From assembly GCA_013239625.1 (NCBI GenBank), contig MU053520.1, forward strand, positions 462,934-526,933: DNA of 64,000 bases, written 5' to 3'. Each line of letters starts with the position of its first letter. Positions within the stretch are counted from its first letter, which is position 1. The position numbers were made by a program, and so were the translations under genes. Under the pieces are notes generated by a model that searched no databases, was not told the DNA's origin, and saw only the letters and a program-made list of their open reading frames with translations. Shown piece after piece: positions 1 through 12,663 of the stretch. This DNA is from Lama guanicoe (taxonomy: Eukaryota).

Positions 1-880
1 TATGTCAAAGGAGACAAGGATATACAACGGAGAAAAGACAGTCTGTTTAATAAATGATTTGGGGGAACTGATAGCCATATGCCAGAGAGTGAGATTAAAA
101 TGTTTTCTCATATAATATACAAAAATAAACTCAAAATGGAATAGAGACCTAAAGTTAACACTTGGAAACATTAAACTCATAGACGAGAACACTGAACATT
201 CTTTGACATAATCTGTAGCAATATTTTTTGGATCTGTTTCCTAAAGCAAAAGAAATAAAAGCAAATGTATTCATATCTAATAACAATTTGATTAAAAAAA
301 ATGTGAACAAACTCTTCACCAAGAATAGCCAGAGATAGAAAATAAGCACATGGAAAAATGTTCAGCATCAGTAGTCATTAAGGGAATGCAATCAAATGAG
401 ATTTTACTACTCATTTACTAGAAAGGCTAAAATCAAAATATGACTTAAAGACAGGTTGTACAAAATTTGGGGAAGGATGTGACACAACTGGAAATCCCAT
501 ACCCTGCTAGGAAAATGCAAAATGTCTTCAACAATAAAAAAGGAACTAACTACTGATGAATGCCACAACATGAATAAATGCCAAAAAAGCAAAGGAATGA
601 GGCCTAACTCAAAAAGCTACAGTGTTTCCATTTACATGATATCTTGGAAAATGCAAGGTATAAAAACAGGTGTAAGATCATCAGTTGCCAGAGACTTGGC
701 GTACGGAACGGGGCTGACTACAAAGGAGGATGGGATAATTTTGGTGGGTAACATTTGGTATATTTTAATCATGTTTGTCGTTATACAACTGATTGCATTT
801 CTTAAATTTCATGGAGCTGTACCACAAAAGAAGACAATACTGATGCAAGTTACATGTCAGTAAGCCTGAATTGAAAAAAC
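1..880 (+). mobile_element. Old L1 fragment (ORF2 3' part plus 3'UTR, L1M-type), decayed
   Basis: Starts with ORF2-like 'agaaaagacagtctgtttaataaatg...tacaaaaataaactcaaaatgga'; L1M 3'UTR-like sequence at ~540-880. Confidence 0.8.
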
Positions 881-959
881 AAAGTATATTGTGACAACTG
901 CTATGTGGAAGTATCCTTCCTCACCTCTTGATGTATCTTACTTTATATTCTCAAATTAT

Positions 960-1110
960 ATTTTATTTATTTATGTTTATTGGTCATTTTCCCTACTAAA
1001 ATGCAAGCTGCTCAGGATCACTTCTTCTTCATTATGATATTCCTGGTGTGTAGAGAGGGACATGGCACCCAGGAGGTGCTCCTGTGTATTTTTGTTTCAA
1101 TAAATGAATA
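960..1110 (+). mobile_element. L2 3'-end fragment
   Basis: 'ctaaaatgcaagctgctcagg...ggcacccaggaggtgctc...taaatgaata' resembles the L2 3' terminus. Confidence 0.6.
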
Positions 1111-1459
1111 CTTTAGAGCTGATTTTGCACATTTCAATTTTTTTTAATCAGCAAGTTCACAACTAGTAGGTTTTTGTGTGTGTGCTTCCAACTTTGTTTC
1201 TACTCCAGAACCAGCTCCCCCAATAAAGAGAGAGAGAGAGTTAGAAAAAGATAAAGTGAGTTTTCCAGGGTGGAGTGGGAGGGTCCCCCTTTCAGCCTCG
1301 TCCCTCCTGTCATACTTATTGTGAAACTGGGTCCCTAAAAGAACTCACCTTTTTCTAATGTCAAACATACTCTAAATGTATCTCTCTCCAATAAAGGAAA
1401 AGAGATCTTATGCAGACACTTAGAGAAATCAGCACTATTTTAGGGACCTGAGAGGCGTG

Positions 1460-1595
1460 TTCTCAAGATTCAGTTTTCTCATTTGAACAAATGCCTGTTT
1501 TTACCTACTCTTCAGGATGGTGGTAAGGATTTTAAAAATGAATATATAATGTGCCAAGTACAATGCTCGGTCAGAAGTATTACTCAATAGATATC
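1460..1595 (+). mobile_element. MIR SINE fragment
   Basis: MIR core-like 'ttcagttttctcatttgaacaaatg...acctactcttcaggatggtggtaaggatt'. Confidence 0.65.
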
Positions 1596-2867
1596 TTTCT
1601 TCAAAAAACATTCAATATGTTTTTTCACTTCCAAAACAAACTATTCTGGACAAAACAAAGTAATGCCATTAAGTATTTGAAGAGGAAATCCAATATTTTC
1701 TGTCTAGATTTCCAAACATATAGAAATGATTTTTATTTCTTTTCCCATAATTTTGCTGAACACAAAGTCTAATGTTATCTCTATAGCCTATGAAATCCAA
1801 GAACTATTTTCTGTACTGGTTAATTAGTATACTTATTCTTTCTTGTATTATGATTGATGGTTTCTTATAAATATGTTCTCTACCCAGTTGGCTGCCTCTA
1901 CCTCCTATTTCATGCTCTGTGCTTCTCAAGGGTAAGAACTCTACATTCTACTTCTTTGGATCTTGGCCTTAATACACTGTATATTGTAGGTTTTCCAAAA
2001 TATGCTGACTTACTGACTAAACTGTGGGAAGGAACTCAGTTATACATTCAGAAATTGATGACCAAACCTCTCCTTGAGTATTAAATACCCCCCAAAACAA
2101 ACAAAACAACAACAAACTCCCACTACTTTTACAGTTTTCTCCAAAAGCTGGCTAGGTTAATTCATTTTTAAGATCATTTAGTAAGCATATCTAGGCAATA
2201 TCCCTTGTAGCCTATATAATGTGCAAGTCCCTTTGGCAATGTGAACAATTATTCATACAGTGAAGACAGGACTATCTGTTCTTCAAAGGGCATCTAGCTC
2301 ATTTTTCTTTCTTGCCTAGTCTAATTCCACTTTGAGCTCAGGGAATGAGGAATGGTCTTTTACAAAGAATGGAGCACTATATATTCCCCAAGCTCTGCTA
2401 TTGAAAAGTCCAAAGATTTTTTTTTAAAGTGAAAGAAAAGAAACAGAAAGGAATTTTATCATTTTCCTTGCTTCTTTTTAACTCTCCTCAAACTTTTTTT
2501 TTAAAGTTACCTTTAACCTAATTTTTAAGTACTAATTTCCAGAAGACAGTGCCTAAAAATTATGGTTGAACTCTATTTTCAAAAATAAGATGTTTTTTAA
2601 AATGCTGAATCTACATGTATGATCAGAAGCTAATGACGTCTGGATCACTTCCATGACTTCCCTGATGCTGGGAATAGTCTTTAGACTTAAGATAAGGATT
2701 AAAAGTTGGGCATATAACATATATCAGGCAAGTGCTTGACAAGAAGCATTATTGAATGAATATCTGTCCTTACTCTTTAACTGGTTCCCCTGCTCTTCTG
2801 GATGCCCTTCCTCAAATTCAGTGGTCAAGCCAAGCAATTATTCAGTATACATTTGTATTTACACACT

Positions 2868-3342
2868 TGAAAGGATGAATATACAAAAAGAACAGTAGAC
2901 AGGCCATACATAACAACAGAATTCTGACCAACTTCTCTGCATTAACCAATCCAGAAAGCTAAACGACACCTTCAACGGCAGCCAGCTCAGGAAGCCAAAC
3001 TAAAGCTTCTAGCAACCAGCCAAAGATGGTCAAGACTTGTCAACTTTCCTAATGTTGTCCTTCTATCCAATTCAGGACCAACCAGAGAAAGCCAGTTGTC
3101 TTCAATACAATCACATAGGATCCCTCATTTCTTGTTAACGTGCCTACAGTTTCCCCATGTCAAAAACTTCTAATTAAGAGCAAACCTGAAGCCTTTCATG
3201 TTTTCACTATGAAGTTTTCCCATTTGTTATTTATCTTTGAATTTCTGCCAAATGCATGTGATAATGACTGGCCCCCTTGCTATAGCAAGCTCTGAATAAA
3301 TAGCTTCTCTTTTCATTTGAGTGTTCTTCATTTATTTTCACA
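2868..3342 (+). mobile_element. Solo ERV1 LTR, MER90-like
   Basis: TG...CA termini, 4-bp TSD cact/cagt, AATAAA at ~3295, internal motifs 'caggaccaaccagagaaagcca' and 'gctatagcaagctctgaataaa' recalled from MER90. Confidence 0.75.
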
Positions 3343-4322
3343 CAGTTTACATTTGAATTTGTAATATTTTAACTTTGAATAATGTGGTAAACTCTTACAG
3401 ATTCCAACTCTTTTTTAAACTCTCACAACATTCTGTATCTTTACCAGTAACATCCTATAGTTTTATCGGTTTGATATTTCAACACTTAATCCAACTGTGT
3501 CAATCTCTGTTCAGATAGTTGCTACTCATTTCCTGAAAGGCAAATACAAAATATTCCATATGACCAAAGGGTTCCACGATTTAGTGCCACTTAGTTTCCT
3601 TTATTTTCACCATCCATTTATTCTTTGCAATTCAACAACACTAAACTACTGAAAATTCCATTTATACCAAGACAAGCCAGTGCCTCTATTCCTTTTCACT
3701 TGTTAAACATTTTGCTTCAAGTGATTTTTCTTCATGTTTTCACCAAAATACGCTAACTCATTCTTTCACTCTCAGATCAATTATCACTTTTGATAAGCTT
3801 TCATATTTTCTCCAAAGAAATTTAAATCCCCTGTGTAGTATAGTTATTGTCATTTTAATAAATGCCATATCATACTGTAGTGGCTCTTTAGAGACTCACA
3901 TCATTTCCAGATTTCAATCTAGATGAATAAAGAGAATTAATCTAGATTATTAAAAGTTTCCCAGGCTGTGACACTTGGCAGACGCTCTGAAACTGTTAGT
4001 TGAACTAATGCAGGTATATATGGATGCTCAGGAACTTGTCCAAAAGAACCAATTGCTCTTTTCTTTTGATTATTTCCAAATGAGTTGAGATTTATATAGA
4101 GAGAGCTCTATTATGAATTGCTCCTTTTTAAGCATACAAAAAATGAAAACAGACCAAAAAACCCCAAAACATATCATCTAGGTTTGCTACACATTTTAAC
4201 CACAATGAAATTGCCTAGTATCCTGGTAGGTTATTTTTAAATACCATGAAAGAGGCCAGGAAAGTTGAGTCACTCTCACTTTCTAGATTTATATATATAT
4301 ATATATAAATGTATATATATAT

Positions 4323-4870
4323 AAACATTTTTATTGATTTATAATCATTTTACAATATTGTGTCAAATTCTGGTGTAGAGTGCAATTTTTCAGTTATATA
4401 TGAACATATGTATATTCATTATCACATTTTTTTCTATGTGAGCTACCATAAGATCTTGTATATATTTCCTGTGCTATACAGTATAATCTCGTTTATCTAT
4501 TCTACATTTTGAAATCCCAGTCTATCCCTTCCCACCCCCCTGCCCCCTTGGCAACAACAAGTTTGTGTTCTATGTCTATGAATCTATTTCTGTTCTGTAT
4601 TTAGAATAGCCAAGACGTAGAAACAGCCTAAATGTCCATCAACAGATGACTGGATAAAGAAGATGTGGTATATTTATACAATGGAATACTATTCAGCCAT
4701 AAAAACTGACAACATAACACCATTTGCAGCAACATGGATGCTCCTGGAGAATGTCATTCTAAGCAAAGTAAGCCAGAAAGAGAAAGAAAAATACCATATG
4801 AGATCACTCATATGTGGAATCTAAAAACAAACAAACAAACAAAACATAAATACAAAACAGAAACAAACTC
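4323..4870 (-). mobile_element. 5'-truncated, 5'-inverted L1 of the same subfamily as the full-length copy
   Basis: 4323-4602 is the reverse complement of the L1 3'UTR; 4603-4870 is sense ORF2-end/3'UTR sequence; both match the copy at ~48950-49490. Confidence 0.9.
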
Positions 4871-5779
4871 TATATATTTTAAGATACAACTTCCCACAGA
4901 TCCCAAATAAACATAAGGAGTGGCATTTGTTTGCTCGCTTTTTGCAGTGAACCTAATCATAATCCTTCAGTAAAATTTTCATCATGTGTAGATTTATCCT
5001 TAAATTGGTTTCACACTGAAAATTGTGAAGTGAAATTGCACTTCATCATGCTGAATTGAAAATCAGTTAGCATGTTATGACAAAGTATTCCAAAACTGTT
5101 TGAGCACAAGTGTCATTAAAATTTGCAGTCTGAACGCTGAGTATTTAGAGATGTGAATGAACCATCTCTTCAAATTTCAAGAAGGCTCTGTTCCCTTAAT
5201 AAAAAGGCAAAATATGTAAATTAAAAAAAAAACTATGTGTGTATGTTTGCTCTTTCAAAACACATACTGGCTTTTCACTTAAAATAATGTAGAAAAGAAG
5301 TTGGGCCAGTTTGAAGGCAACATTTTTGAATTATAAATATCTATAAAATACCCAGGACAATCTATCTGGCAAGCAGAGGAATATTATAGCTTGAAGCTTG
5401 AGAGAAAAGTATAAAGTGAAAGCATAGATAAGGGTTTGTTCAGGTGAAGAAGGGTAGTTGGAATTGTCAATGTGGTCACCTAAAGCTGGGGTGGAAAGGA
5501 AGAGAGTGATGGACCAAATTAGATAGTACCAATATCTGAGAGAGTAGGCAGAGCCAGACAAGCCCATTACAAAAAAACAAAAAAAAGAAAGAAGGATTTA
5601 TGTTGCATCTACTAACAGCCTTAACACAAAGCTTGAAGCATAAAATACTTAATAAATTTAGCATAATATGCATTAATCATTAAATAAGTATACAATTTAA
5701 CATTCCTCAAAATATTAGATTAATAACTAATGTGTTCAAATTCAACAAACAATTAGTATTTACTAGTCATTTTCCAATT

Positions 5780-6340
5780 TGTTTGCTTGAAACACATTTA
5801 TTGAGTGGTGAACCTGTCAGGCTAGATGTTTGCCTTATGAACCTTAAATTAAAGTTGATTTTATGGACAATACAGAATGAAATAAGCAAATTTCAGATAA
5901 TCACAGGTACTATGAAGACAAAATAACTTTAAAATCCACTAGAGCAGAATGTCTGGTGTGGGGAAACCAAAAGGTGGTCAGTTGCTTCGGGTAGTGTGGT
6001 TAGGTAGGGCTTGCTAAGGAAATGATATTTGGACTGAGATCTGCACAACAAGGCACCTCCTTTGCACACATTTAGGGGAAAAATACCAGGTGGAAGGAAT
6101 AGATAATGTAAAGCTCTACTGGAGTAGAGCTTAGCAATTTCAAAGACCAGAAAGAGGGCTTCTAGGACTCTAGCCTAATTAAGATGAGGAATAGGATATC
6201 CCTGTGAAATCAGAGAGGTATCAAAGAGTCAGTTTGTACAAGACCTCATAAACCATGGTACATATTTGGATTTAATTTAATTTCAACAAGAGACTTTGGG
6301 AAGGGTTTAAGCAGAGAAGCAGAAAGATTTGATTGACCTT
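5780..6340 (-). mobile_element. L2 fragment
   Basis: 'aacacatttattgagt...', 'tttggactgagatctg', 'aagggtttaagcagagaagc' are typical of antisense L2. Confidence 0.65.
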
Positions 6341-6628
6341 TTTATTATATTTATTTTAACACATTGATCACCCACTGTGGATCAGTGCCTCTGAGGAAAC
6401 ACAACTGTCACTCAGATTTGGGTGGCATGGTGATCAATGACAGTAGCGGGAAATGAGTGCCTCCCTGAGACTTGTTATTCAGGGGATGTGTTATCCAGAG
6501 CAGGGTGAATAGCAGTGGAAAATAAAATATATAGTTTACATTTGCAATATGTGTGACATACTTGAATAAATGTTGGAGAAACAAAAATGAAACAGACAGC
6601 CATATACTTGAAAAGTCTATAAGCTATC

Positions 6629-6658
6629 TAAAATAAAATAAATAAAATAAAATAAAAT
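6629..6658. repeat. (AAAAT)n microsatellite
   Basis: Directly visible tandem array. Confidence 0.9.
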
Positions 6659-6899
6659 ATAGTGTGATAACTGGTATAATTAAAGGCTTGTAAAAAGATA
6701 CTTTTTAAAAGTTCTGTTTGGGAGCTGGGCTGTTAAAAGACACAAATCTAAGTGTGGATATTTATTAAAAATGAGATCTCACTAAATACCATATGCTTCT
6801 CTGAGACCATATTTTATTTATAAATAAGATATAACATTTAATATCTTTAAGATGACAATTTGTCTCGACTATCTATAGATAACAAAATGCCAAAATCAT

Positions 6900-9800
6900 A
6901 AGCTATTTTGTAGATACTGACAAACTTATTCTAAAGTTTATATGAAAAAGCAGAAGATCTTCAGTAAACAACACAGTATTGAAGAAGAAGATGAAGACCA
7001 ACGTGAGAAGGCTCATACTACCCAATTTCAAGTTTCGAGATAGAGCTGTATAATTAAAACAGCATGGAGTTGATAAAAGAATAGGCACACAGATTAAAGG
7101 AACAACAAAAAAAGAGAAACTCTAAATAGACACAGAAATATGGTCAAATTTGACAAGAGAACAAAGTCATTTCAGTGGAAAATGGAAAATCAATTCCATC
7201 CTAGAATAAATGGATGTCAATATGCAAAATACATAGATAAATAGATAACAAACATAGATATAAACCTTCCACTTTTCACAAAAACTAACTAAAATGGATA
7301 ATAAATTTAAATATAGACCACAACTATGAAACAGCTAAAAGGTAACATGGACAAAAATTATGTGACTTTGGAATTTGTGATAGGTTTTTACATGTAAAAC
7401 ACCAGTGTCATGAATGATGAAAAAAATTGATAAGCTGGAATACATTAAAATTAAAAAATTTTCTTCTGTAAAACACAGTTAAGAGAGTGAAAAGAGAAGC
7501 CACATACTAAAGGAAAATGTGTGAGAACAGATTTAATAAAGGGCTTCTGTCCAAAATATACAAAGAACTACTAAAATCTCACAATAAGGAAAAAAGATTA
7601 AACTTGCAAAAAATATGAACAAACATCTTACCAAGAAGATATACTGCTTTTAAATAAGCATAGAAAAGATGATTAACATTATCTGTTACTAAGGACTTTC
7701 AAATTAGAACAACAATACCATACACAAGTTAGAACAGTGAAAATCCAAAAATTTAATGACAGCAAATATACATAAAGATACAGAACAACAGGGACCCTCA
7801 TTCACTGCTAGTGAGAATTCAAAATGCCACTTTCACTTTTCAAGTTTTATAGTCTTGCCACATGATCCAGCAGATTCCCAGGTATTTGCACAGCTAATCT
7901 GAAAACCTATGTCCACACAAAAATCTGCAAGTGAATGTTTACGGCAGCTTTATTCAAAATTGGAAAAAAAAGTACTAACCTGAACAGGTGAATGAATAAA
8001 CAAACTGTGGAATGTCCATATAATAAAATTATATTCAGCAAAACTTTAAGATACTATCAAGCCATGAAAAGACAATGAAGAATCTTAAATGCATATTTCT
8101 AAAGAAAGAAGTCAGTCTATAAAAGCTGCATACTATATACCTGAATCCAACTATATGACATTCTGGGAAAGGCAAAATTACAGCAATGGTGTATGTATTA
8201 GCTTCTTATGGATGCCATAACAAATGATCACAAACTCGGTAGCTTAATACAATAGAGCACTTATTCCTTCAGAGTTCTAGAGACCCTAAGTCTGAGATAA
8301 AGGTTTTGTCAGGGCCCCACTCCCTCCAAAGGCACTAGGTGACAATCTGTTCTTTGCCTCTTCTAACACCTGGATGCATCTGGCTCCAGATACTCCCTGG
8401 CTGGTGGACATATCACTCCAATCTCTGCCTCAGTGGTCACATAGCTTTCTCTGCTTCACTGTGTGTCTTCCTGCTATTTGCTTCTTACAAGGCATTTTTC
8501 ATTGGATTTAGTGTCCACTTAGGTCATTCAAGCCTAATCTTTAAAGTATTCACCTAACCTTTACATTTTTAAATTAATTACATTTGCAAAGACTGTTTTT
8601 TGCAAATATGGCAACATTCAACCCACTGCAGATAGTAATGTTGCTAGTGGCTTAGGGAGAGAGGGAGGGTTGAAAAGCTAAAACACAGGTGATTTTTTTA
8701 GGGTTGTAAAATGACTGTATGACACCGAAGTGGTGGATACAAGACATTATGTATTTGTTGAAAATCCATAGAACTTTATACCACAAAGAGTGAACCTCCA
8801 TATATGCAAATTAAAAAATCATTTTGGAGGCCAGAGAATTTCTGGATGGAACAGAAATTGTTATGACTCAGTTGAATTGTATTACAAATTCAGGAAATAA
8901 TTTTTTTAAAGGGAGTGGGGAAAATAATGTTAGCCTAGATGATTTCGGAAATGAGCAAAGTCTGTATAAAACTAACAAGACAGGAAACTGTCCATAGCAC
9001 TGCACTTTAGCTGATAAAGTTTTTCCACATGAAGTTAAGAGTTAACAATTCTTACAGCACTATACATGTACTGTAGAGTTAAATAATTATGTAAATAAAT
9101 TATGAATTGTGGGAGCTGGGTTTTTCACTTTTGGAGTAGGACATTATAAATGAGCAAGTGGAGGAGATTCAACTAAATCAGGTGATGATAGATCAGAATT
9201 GCAGGTATCAATTGGAAGTCATGTTAGCTTAGTATAAGTACAGATGGTTGTATACAGAAATATTTATAGATATGACTATATATATTAGTTATTATATACA
9301 CATACATTTCCTTATTGTGTCAGCTGAGAGGACATAGAAGCCATGACATCCCAGTAGGAATGATCAGATCTTGTACCCTAATCTAGTACCCAGATCTTGA
9401 TTTCTAAGTCTATTCTCTAATAAAATTAACCAAAGCTCATTAGAATAAGTGGCCAATTCAAGGACCAGGGCAGAAAATATACAAGATGAATCTGGAGCAA
9501 CTTGTAGTATCCAAAAGTAAGGAAGTGATAAACAAACAAGCAAACAAACAAAAGCAAAACAAAATAACAAAACCAACAACCAGGGGAAAAAAAAAAAAAC
9601 AAAACACAATGACGGGACTATGCCAAAAGCGACCAGCATTCAACTGCAAGAACTCCCAATGGCCAAATCTGAGGCTGTGTGAATAATAAAATACATAATG
9701 TTATATTGGATTATAACCCAAAGTGTAAAATAAATATCCAGTGAGAGTCAACACAGATATAAATAAATGATTGAATAAATTAATATATGAGAGAAAATAG

Positions 9801-10525
9801 ATGAGTCTCCCATGCAGAAGAATGTCAACTTTATTTAAACCCTTCCCTGTCAAGGAGATAAGGCATGAATCTCCACCTTTGGTGTGGGTGGCGCACAGTG
9901 CCTTCCTTCCAAAGTGCAGTGTGCTCTTCCAAAAAGTACAGCGTAGGAAAAAGAGTAACTTGATAGCGGAGAGCTCTGACAGACATTACCTCAGCCAGGT
10001 GATTAAGATTAACTTCAACAGTTAAGAGTCATATTGATAGAGTGTATCTTTGATATGATGTGATGAAAATGGCACTTTACCTCTGTAGTTTTCCACCCCC
10101 AGACCCATAAGCCTAGCCTTATCATAGCAGAGACTTTGGAAGACCTCAGTTGAAGGACGTTCTGCAAAATGCCTGACCAATACTTTTCCCAGCTGTCAAG
10201 ATAATCAAAATCAAGGAAAGTCTGAGAAATTGTCATAGCTAAGAGGAGCCAAAAAATTTATGATGACAAAATTTAATGTGATATTCTGGATCAGATCCTG
10301 GAACTGAAAAAGTACATTAGATAAATACTAAGAAGATATGAATAAAGGATGAACTTTAATGATAATGTATCAATATTGTTTTCATTAATTGGAACAAATG
10401 CACATACTAATATAAGATACTGATAATAGTGGAAACTGGATGTGGGTTATATGGGAACTCTGTACTATCTTCACAAGTTTTTTTTTTTAATGTTCTAAAA
10501 CTTTTAAAAGTTTATTTTAAAAATG
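6900..10525 (+). mobile_element. L1MC-type (L1MC3-like) element: ORF2 3' portion plus long 3'UTR, interrupted by an MLT1 LTR
   Basis: ORF2-like 'gacaaacttattctaaagtttatatg...'; L1MC 3'UTR motifs such as 'gagtctcccatgcagaagaat' and 'tatatgggaactctgtactatct'; A-rich end at ~10520. Confidence 0.8.
8190..8630 (-). mobile_element. MaLR solo LTR (MLT1C-like) nested in L1MC
   Basis: 'gccataacaaatgatcacaaactcggtagctta...', ends 'acccactgca'; degenerate 5-bp TSD aatgg/gatag. Confidence 0.8.
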
Positions 10526-10959
10526 TAGATTAACAACACAGTCAAAAAAAATGTACGAAACCTAAAACCTATCTGTGAAAGAGTGTTAGCTCATTATATG
10601 GATGTACGTATTATTTTTTACTTTGAATAATTGAAACATCCTCAAGATTATAATAGTATTTAACATTTCATCAGTGTCTGAACCTCCCACTTTTGCTTTT
10701 GTTATCCTTATTCCTTTTCACTGTTACTGTTGTCTTTTGAAATCCAGCTTATTTTTCAGGGACTAACAAAAATTTTTAAAGGCTTTCACACTCACCTCAC
10801 ACAAAGATGCTGTCCTTTCTTCTTCTGCATTTATTAGGACATTCAGCTTACAAGACCACATTGAATTTAGGGTAATATTTTTTCTGTCTCTGGGATAATG
10901 TGAGATTCTGTGACACTGTGAATTTCCTGGAGTCAGCATAACACAGTGATTAGAAAATA

Positions 10960-11200
10960 GATACTCCATCAAGAGGACCTGGGTTTAAATTATTAGCTAC
11001 TCCGTTTCCAGTTGCATGAATTTGGGCATAATGTAACTTGTTTCTATTTCAGGTTTCTTATCTATAAAGTGGGTCTAATAATAGCACCTACCTAAAATGA
11101 TATTGTGGGGAATAAATGAGTTAATATGTATAAAAGTTCAGAAAAGTCTTGGTATATGAAGTGAATTGCATAGAAAATTTATATTATTAGTATTAACAGT
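10960..11200 (+). mobile_element. MIR SINE
   Basis: 'gacctgggtttaaat...ttcaggtttcttatctataaagtggg...aataatagcacctacc...gggaataaatgagttaat'. Confidence 0.8.
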
Positions 11201-12250
11201 CATTTATCATACTGTTGTTGTTGTTTAAATCTGTGTCGCTGTCACCTAGCCATAGCAGGGGCCTATTAGACAGCAGTTGCTTTTCTATTCAAGTTTAATA
11301 AATGCCATGGAGTAAAATGCAGCCAATTCATTGCTCTTTGTGAAAGTGTGACATAACTTTGCAAAATAAGTTTAAGGAATCAGAAACTCCAAATCCATCT
11401 GTAAAGTTTATTCCTAACTGCAACAAACCTGAAAGATTATAGTAGATAATTCTTTGGGTACCGATGATTGGAGAATGATAGAAGCCATCATATAAACTAG
11501 GCAAATTTCTATTACTTAAAAAATATATTGCTGGAAATTTGACAAATGTCTTTAACACAAAGGAAAAGCAGTTGTAGGGCAAAATGTTAATTAGCTGAGG
11601 AACCCTATAAACTTGAATATATGAAACATGGGTATGGCATTTTTTACTTCAGACACATGATTACTTATTTATATCAGAATGCCTAAAACCTACTTAAATT
11701 TCTGTTCTCAGGGTCTAAGAAATGCATAAGTACAAACAATATTTGTGAAATATTAAGAATCAGAAGTGTACAGTGTTTGTTTTTAAGTATAGTGAGAAGG
11801 TTATTTTAATTTAATCACAATAAGTTACTTTTGCATTTCCTAAAAATCTTAGAAACAGTATCTCAAATGAATACATTTTTCAAATTTAAAAGTAAGTAAT
11901 TTTTCTTATATCTCTTAATTACCTACCTTAGAAAGACTAGCATGCATACGACAGCTAACATAAACAAACATATCATAGGAAGGACTTTTATCCTGACAAA
12001 ATAAACTCCAATAATGTAGAATCAGGTAACTGTATCAAATATCATTTTTGATATGTATATATTTAAATTTCCACTTGATATATGATATAGAAAATGAGAG
12101 ACGGATAATGAGACAGCAGTGACTGGCAGTGGATACAAGGGAGAAGAGAGTAGATCTTAACTGTTGTTGAGAGACTCAATTTCCATGTTCATAGTTAGTA
12201 CAACCTCTCCTCTCTCATAATGATCAAGCTGGGGCTACTCCTAATAGATG

Positions 12251-12274
12251 CACACACACACACACACACACACA
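12251..12274. repeat. (CA)n microsatellite
   Basis: Directly visible. Confidence 0.9.
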
Positions 12275-12624
12275 GACCAATAGACATGCATATACAGAAA
12301 GAGATTCTGTATAAGCTCTCCCCTCCCTAGAGCAACAGAATACTTTAATACAAAATGAGTTTGCCATTTATTAACATCACCTTAGAGACATTTGATACAA
12401 ATGGGACTATCTCTACAGGAAAAGTGGGGAAATTACTAGAGCTATTGTATGTGGAAATCTTTGGAAAATGCTGTTATAGTTATCAGTTTTCCTTCAAGAT
12501 TAATAGAAATTAGTAGTTTTAAATCAAGATATACTTCTTAAACATTTTAGTGATCATGACAACATTGGAAAAAGCTGCGAGCCACTAGTCCTCCCTCTGG
12601 GTATTTGAACACAGACAAATTCAC

Positions 12625-12628
<4 letters not shown>

Positions 12629-12659
<31 letters not shown>
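12629..12659. repeat. (CA)n microsatellite
   Basis: Directly visible. Confidence 0.9.
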
Positions 12660-12663
<4 letters not shown>

